The translations under genes were made by a program, and so were the position numbers. DNA of 64,000 nt from Dehalococcoidia bacterium (GTDB lineage Bacteria; Chloroflexota; Dehalococcoidia; SM23-28-2; HRBIN24): positions 24-64,023 of the forward strand of contig DAOTWZ010000032.1 in assembly GCA_034435615.1 (NCBI GenBank). The letters run 5' to 3'. Positions within the stretch are counted from its first letter, which is position 1. Each line of letters opens with the position of its first letter. Shown in pieces: positions 60,340-64,000 of the stretch. The notes under the pieces are model-generated. The model saw only the letters and a program-made list of their open reading frames with translations, was not told the DNA's origin and searched no databases.

Positions 60340-61428
60340 ATGGCGAAGGGAGGTAACGTGATGCAACGGCCGGAGCTGGAAGGCCTGCCGCCCATCAAGG
60401 TGGTGGGCGTAGGGGGAGGCGGCTGCAACGCCGTCAACCGCATGATCGAGGTGGGGGTGCGCGGGGTGGAGTTCATCGCCGTCAATACCGACGCCCAGGC
60501 CCTCATGCGTTGCGAGGCGGAGAACAAGATCCGCATCGGCGACCGCATAACCAAGGGCCTCGGCGTCGGCGGCGACCCGGAGAAGGGCCGTCAGGCCGCC
60601 GAGGAGTCGGTGGACGAGTTGCGGGAGGCCCTCAAGGGCGCCGACATGGTCTTCATCACCGCTGGCATGGGTGGCGGCACCGGCACCGGCGCCGCCCCTC
60701 TGGTGGCCCAGGTGGCCAAGAACGTGGGCGCCCTCACCGTGGCCGTGGTCACCAAGCCCTTCTCCTTCGAAGGAGTGCGGCGCCGCCGCTTCGCCGAGGA
60801 GGGGATCGCCCGCCTCCGCAACGAGGTGGACACCCTCATCGTCATCCCCAATGACCGTCTCCTGAGCATCTGCGAGCCCACCACCACCCTCCAGGAGGCC
60901 TTCCTCCTGGCCGACGACATTCTGCGCCAGGGTATCCAGGGCATCGCCGAGCTCATCACCATCCCCGGCGACATCAACCTGGACTTCGCCGACGTCCGCC
61001 GCATCATGTCCGACGCCGGCCCGGCCCTCATGTCCATCGGCCGCGCCCGGGGCGACAACCGCGCCGTGGAGGCCGCCCAGGCGGCCATCCGCAGCCCCCT
61101 GCTGGACGTGGGGATCCACGGCGCCACCCGCGTCCTCTTCAACGTCACCAACGGCGGCAACATGTCCCTGCACGAGCTGAACATGGCCGCCCAGGTCATC
61201 GCCGAGGTGGTGGACCCGGAGGCGGAGATCATCTTCGGCACCGCCACCGACCCCTCCCTCCAGGACGAGGTCAAGATCACCCTCATCGCCGCCGGCTTCG
61301 ACGTGCCGGAGCCCAAGTCCCAGGCGATGGAGGAGGAAGAGGTGCGCCGCCTGCGTCAGGAGGCCTTCCCCAACCTGACCGACGCCGAGCTCCCGTCCTT
61401 TCTCAGGCGGCACGTCAGCATCCGCTGA
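60340..61428 (+). CDS. ftsZ: Cell division GTPase FtsZ
   Basis: [13 protein letters not shown] and the tubulin signature GGGTGTG. Two candidate ATGs (60340 and 60361), each with its own GGAGG. Confidence 0.9.
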   Translation: MAKGGNVMQRPELEGLPPIKVVGVGGGGCNAVNRMIEVGVRGVEFIAVNTDAQALMRCEAENKIRIGDRITKGLGVGGDPEKGRQAAEESVDELREALKGADMVFITAGMGGGTGTGAAPLVAQVAKNVGALTVAVVTKPFSFEGVRRRRFAEEGIARLRNEVDTLIVIPNDRLLSICEPTTTLQEAFLLADDILRQGIQGIAELITIPGDINLDFADVRRIMSDAGPALMSIGRARGDNRAVEAAQAAIRSPLLDVGIHGATRVLFNVTNGGNMSLHELNMAAQVIAEVVDPEAEIIFGTATDPSLQDEVKITLIAAGFDVPEPKSQAMEEEEVRRLRQEAFPNLTDAELPSFLRRHVSIR

Positions 61429-61465
61429 CGCTGACTAGGCGGCTGTCGTCCCCTGGGAGGCCCGG

Positions 61466-62614
61466 TTGTGCCGTAGGAACGCTGCGCGGGGCGCCCTGCC
61501 CCCACGGGCCTCGCCAGGGGCGGGCTGGCCAGCGGCCCTGCGTCTGGGCCTGGCCGGGGTGGCGCTGCTGGCCCTCGCCTGCGGCGGCAGGAGCGAGGGA
61601 AGGGCCCTCACCCCCTTCCCCAGCCCGCCGCCCGCCACGCTGCCGGTGCCGACGCCCACCCCGGAGCCCCGGGAGCCGGCGCTCCTGGACGGCGTCCCGG
61701 TGCCGGTCTCCGAGCGGCAGCGCCTCCTGGGCAGGCTCCCCCTGGCCGTCGTCTTCGATAACCATGTGCAGGCGCGGCCGGTCTTCGGCATCGGCCGAGC
61801 GGAGCTGGTCTACGAGGTGGTGGCGGAGGGCGGCATCAGCCGCCTCGTCGCCCTCTACTGGCGCAATGAGGCCGACGTCCTGATGCCCGTCCGCTCCGCC
61901 CGCGCCTACTTCATACCCTGGGCGGCGGAGACGGACGCCATCTTCGTCCACTTCGGCGGCGCCGAGGGTGGGGCCGCGGTGGACGTGGACCGTAACGTGG
62001 CCGCCTACGGCGTCCGCCAGGTCAACGGCCTCGTCCTTCCCGCCGGCCCCTTCCGCCGCGACCCCTCGCGGGCCGCCCCCCACAACGTCCGCTCCAGCAC
62101 CGCCGGCCTGTGGGACTGGGCGGAGCGCATGGGCTGGCAGGGCCCGCCCCGACTGGAGCCCTGGCCCTTCAAGGACGACCAGCCCGGCCGCGGCCCGCCC
62201 GCCGGCGGCGCCCCTGCCGGTCTCCTCTCCTTCAACTTCGGCCCCTGGAACCTCCCCGCCTACGCCGTGGAGTGGCGCTACGATGTCGCCAGCAACGCCT
62301 ACCTGCGCTGGCAGGCCGGGCAGCCCTATGTGGACGGCGCCAGCGGCGAGCAGGTGCGGGCCAAGAACGTGGTGGTGCAGTTCGCCGGGCTGCAGGTGGT
62401 GGGGGACGCCCAGGGCCACCTCCTCTTCCAGGTCATGGGCGAGGGGGAGGCCCTGGTCTTCCAGGACGGGGTGGCCCTGACGGCCACCTGGCGCAAGGAG
62501 AGGGGTGGCGCCCGCACCCGCTACTACGATGCCCAGGGCCAGGAGATAGCCTTCAACCGCGGGCCCACCTGGGTGGAGGTGCTGGCCTACGGCTCCCCCC
62601 TGGTCTACCACTGA
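61466..62614 (+). CDS. DUF3048-like secreted lipoprotein (YerB-like)
   Basis: Lipobox LLALACGG and a Pro-rich linker. The conserved core (AVVFDNH...RPVFGIG.AELVYE...EGGISRL) is typical of DUF3048. TTG start 5 nt after GGGAGG. Confidence 0.55.
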   Translation: MCRRNAARGALPPRASPGAGWPAALRLGLAGVALLALACGGRSEGRALTPFPSPPPATLPVPTPTPEPREPALLDGVPVPVSERQRLLGRLPLAVVFDNHVQARPVFGIGRAELVYEVVAEGGISRLVALYWRNEADVLMPVRSARAYFIPWAAETDAIFVHFGGAEGGAAVDVDRNVAAYGVRQVNGLVLPAGPFRRDPSRAAPHNVRSSTAGLWDWAERMGWQGPPRLEPWPFKDDQPGRGPPAGGAPAGLLSFNFGPWNLPAYAVEWRYDVASNAYLRWQAGQPYVDGASGEQVRAKNVVVQFAGLQVVGDAQGHLLFQVMGEGEALVFQDGVALTATWRKERGGARTRYYDAQGQEIAFNRGPTWVEVLAYGSPLVYH

Positions 62615-62632
62615 GCTTCCAGCCCTGCCCCC

Positions 62633-62706
62633 TGTGGATATCTTGTGGACAAATTACAACATCTTGGGTCTATGGGGTTGACAGGCCCAAGATGTTGTGC
62701 TATCGT
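62633..62706 (+). promoter_or_regulatory. nrdR promoter/operator region: DnaA-box-like TGTGGA repeats, a 13-bp inverted repeat, and TTGACA-17-TATCGT
   Basis: TGTGGATAT (62633-62641) and TGTGGACAA (62644-62652). ACAACATCTTGGG (62656-62668) is the inverse of CCCAAGATGTTGT (62686-62698), spanning the -35 TTGACA (62678-62683). The -10 TATCGT is at 62701-62706. Confidence 0.4.
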
Positions 62707-62739
62707 TCTCGCTGCCCCTGGAGGGGTGGTGGTGGCAGC

Positions 62740-63297
62740 ATGGAGTGTCCGTTCTGCAGCTTCCCGGAGTCCAAGGTGACGGACTCCCGTCCGGCGGAGG
62801 GAGGGATCCGGCGGCGGCGGGAGTGCCTGCGCTGTGGGCGTCGCTTCACCACCATGGAGCGGGTGGAGCTCCAGGGCGTGGTGGTGGTGAAGAAGGACGG
62901 CCGCCGGGAGGAGTTCTCCCGGGAGAAGGTGCTGGCTGGGGTGCGGAAGGCCTGCGAGAAGCGGCCCATACCGCTGGGTGCCATAGAGGAATTGGTGGAC
63001 CGGGTGGAGCAGGCTGTATACAGTCTGGGGAAGGCGGAGGTGCCCACCAGCTACATAGGTGAGCTGGTGATGGAGGGGCTGCGGGAGCTGGACCACATAG
63101 CGTACATACGGTTCGCCAGCGTCTACCGCGCCTTCGCCGATGTGGAGGAGCTGGAGCGGGAGCTGGAGGCGCTCAAGGCGGGCTGGCCCCGGGCGGAGGT
63201 GCCCCCTGGCCAACTGGTGCTCCTGCCAGAGGTGACCAGAAACCCGATGCGCAGCCTTGGCCGAGCAGGGCATGGTAGGCGCAAGGTAGCTGAATAG
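62740..63297 (+). CDS. nrdR: Transcriptional repressor NrdR
   Basis: MECPFCSFPESKVTDSR...CLRCGRRFTT zinc ribbon plus an ATP-cone domain. GGAGGGG RBS. Confidence 0.85.
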   Translation: MECPFCSFPESKVTDSRPAEGGIRRRRECLRCGRRFTTMERVELQGVVVVKKDGRREEFSREKVLAGVRKACEKRPIPLGAIEELVDRVEQAVYSLGKAEVPTSYIGELVMEGLRELDHIAYIRFASVYRAFADVEELERELEALKAGWPRAEVPPGQLVLLPEVTRNPMRSLGRAGHGRRKVAE

Positions 63298-63309
63298 GAG
63301 GTGGACGAG

Positions 63310-63540
63310 TTGGGGAAGAGAGCGAAATACCACGTCTCTCACAGGGCCGACTACTGGCGAGTAAAGCGGGAGGGCGCTGAGCGTCCCTCTTTAACAGCGC
63401 CTACGCAGAGGGAGGCCATTGATAAGGGCCGTCGCCTGGCGTTGAGGAATAGGCCATCCCAGCTCATAGTCCACGGGCGAGATGGACGAATTAGGAGGGA
63501 GTACACTTACGACTCTGACCCGTATCCGCCAGAAGGGTAG
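63310..63540 (+). CDS. DUF2188-family small protein
   Basis: KYHVSHR...W.V....AER....TQREAI.KGR.LA......LIVHGRDGRIR.EYTY pattern. TTG at 63310 lies 8 nt after GGAGG. The GTG at 63301 directly abuts the SD sequence. Confidence 0.55.
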   Translation: MGKRAKYHVSHRADYWRVKREGAERPSLTAPTQREAIDKGRRLALRNRPSQLIVHGRDGRIRREYTYDSDPYPPEG

Positions 63541-63597
63541 GGGTAGCAGCCACCGGGCTTTTTCACCTCGAGAGACGTTGTCACAAGGAGTTTGGTC

Positions 63598-64000
63598 ATG
63601 GCGTTAGCGGAGATAAGGACGGATATGGTTCTGCCCCTCTCTCGTTTCTTCACTCGCCCCGGGGTGGACCCCTTCGATGAGGTGGAGTGGGAGCGGCGCA
63701 CCGCCCGCATCGAGGGGCCCGACGGGCAGCCCGTCTTCGAGCAGCCGGACGTGGAGTTCCCGGCCTTCTGGTCCCAGAACGCCACCAACGTCGTCGCCTC
63801 CAAGTACTTCCGCGGCCCCCTGGGCACCCCCCAGCGGGAGCGCTCCGTGCGCCAGCTCATCGGCCGCGTCGTGGAGACCATCACCGCCTGGGGGCTCAAG
63901 GACGGCTACTTCTCCTCCCGGGAGGAGGCCGAGACCTTCAAGGAGGAGCTGAAGCACCTCCTCCTCCACCAGTACGCCGCCTTCAACTCCCCCGTCTGGT
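63598..64000 (+). CDS. nrdJ: Ribonucleoside-diphosphate reductase, class II (adenosylcobalamin-dependent) NrdJ, N-terminal fragment cut off by the window end
   Basis: My own translation from the ATG at 63598 (AAGGAG 7 nt upstream): MALAEIRTDMVLPLSRFFTRPGVDPFDEVEWERRTARIEG...VVASKYFRG...AFNSPVW. This matches the NrdJ N-terminus. It is absent from the ORF track because no stop falls within the window. Confidence 0.8.
   Translation, partial: MALAEIRTDMVLPLSRFFTRPGVDPFDEVEWERRTARIEGPDGQPVFEQPDVEFPAFWSQNATNVVASKYFRGPLGTPQRERSVRQLIGRVVETITAWGLKDGYFSSREEAETFKEELKHLLLHQYAAFNSPVW

Noticed and set aside
59826-62611. Minus-strand ORFs 59826-60554, 60316-61413 and 61415-62611
   Set aside because: They are antisense to ftsA, ftsZ and the DUF3048 gene.
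63541-63597. Possible cobalamin riboswitch or NrdR box in front of nrdJ
   Set aside because: Only 57 bp of intergenic sequence is available. It contains a small TTGTcACAA palindrome and an AAGGAG RBS but no B12-box, and there is no room for a riboswitch. A NrdR-box assignment is not supportable by eye.
1-64000. CRISPR arrays, rRNA/tRNA genes, IS elements, integrases and prophage remnants
   Set aside because: I found no spaced direct-repeat arrays, no tRNA-like T-arm or anticodon-stem patterns in the intergenic regions, and no transposase or integrase-like ORFs. The window looks like conserved core chromosome.

Overview
This is a high-GC (~70%) bacterial chromosomal window that looks like core genome. 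It may come from a Gram-positive-like lineage such as Chloroflexota/Thermomicrobia or a deep-branching actinobacterium, but that is only an inference from gene content and operon order. Gene content in order of appearance:
- Family-4 uracil-DNA glycosylase, RNase J and FtsK.
- A biotin-dependent carboxyltransferase cluster laid out like a transcarboxylase (12S, 5S and 1.3S biotin carrier).
- A TCA-cycle block: korAB, NAD-isocitrate dehydrogenase and mdh on the + strand, convergent with sdhCAB on the - strand.
- Minus-strand genes for NUDIX, nadK, tlyA, clpX, clpP and tig; two peptide-type ABC permeases with a substrate-binding protein but no ATPase genes; and aspS.
- hemW, ald, an HDAC-like deacetylase and selB.
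- Minus-strand secDF, yajC, cca, def, priA, rplS, trmD and moaB.
- A complete division/cell-wall cluster: mraZ, rsmH, ftsL, ftsI, murF, mraY, murD, ftsW, murG, murC, murB, ddl, ftsQ, ftsA and ftsZ. murE is missing from it.
- A DUF3048 lipoprotein, then nrdR, a DUF2188 gene and the 5' end of a class II ribonucleotide reductase gene (nrdJ).

The more interesting non-coding signals are:
- A near-consensus promoter (TTGACA-17-TATAAG) downstream of ftsK that drives a ~250-nt structured region with no ORF, ending in a GAAA-tetraloop hairpin. This is a candidate sRNA or riboswitch-like leader for a small membrane protein.
- Three GTGGGN repeats at 10-bp spacing just after the mraZ -10, matching the known MraZ operator architecture.
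- Paired TGTGGA-N5-TGTGGA (DnaA-box-like) elements upstream of both mraZ and nrdR.
- A 13-bp inverted repeat overlapping a TTGACA-17-TATCGT promoter upstream of nrdR.

Many long ORFs on the six-frame track are antisense artefacts of GC-rich coding DNA and were rejected. No CRISPR arrays, rRNA or tRNA genes, or mobile elements were seen.
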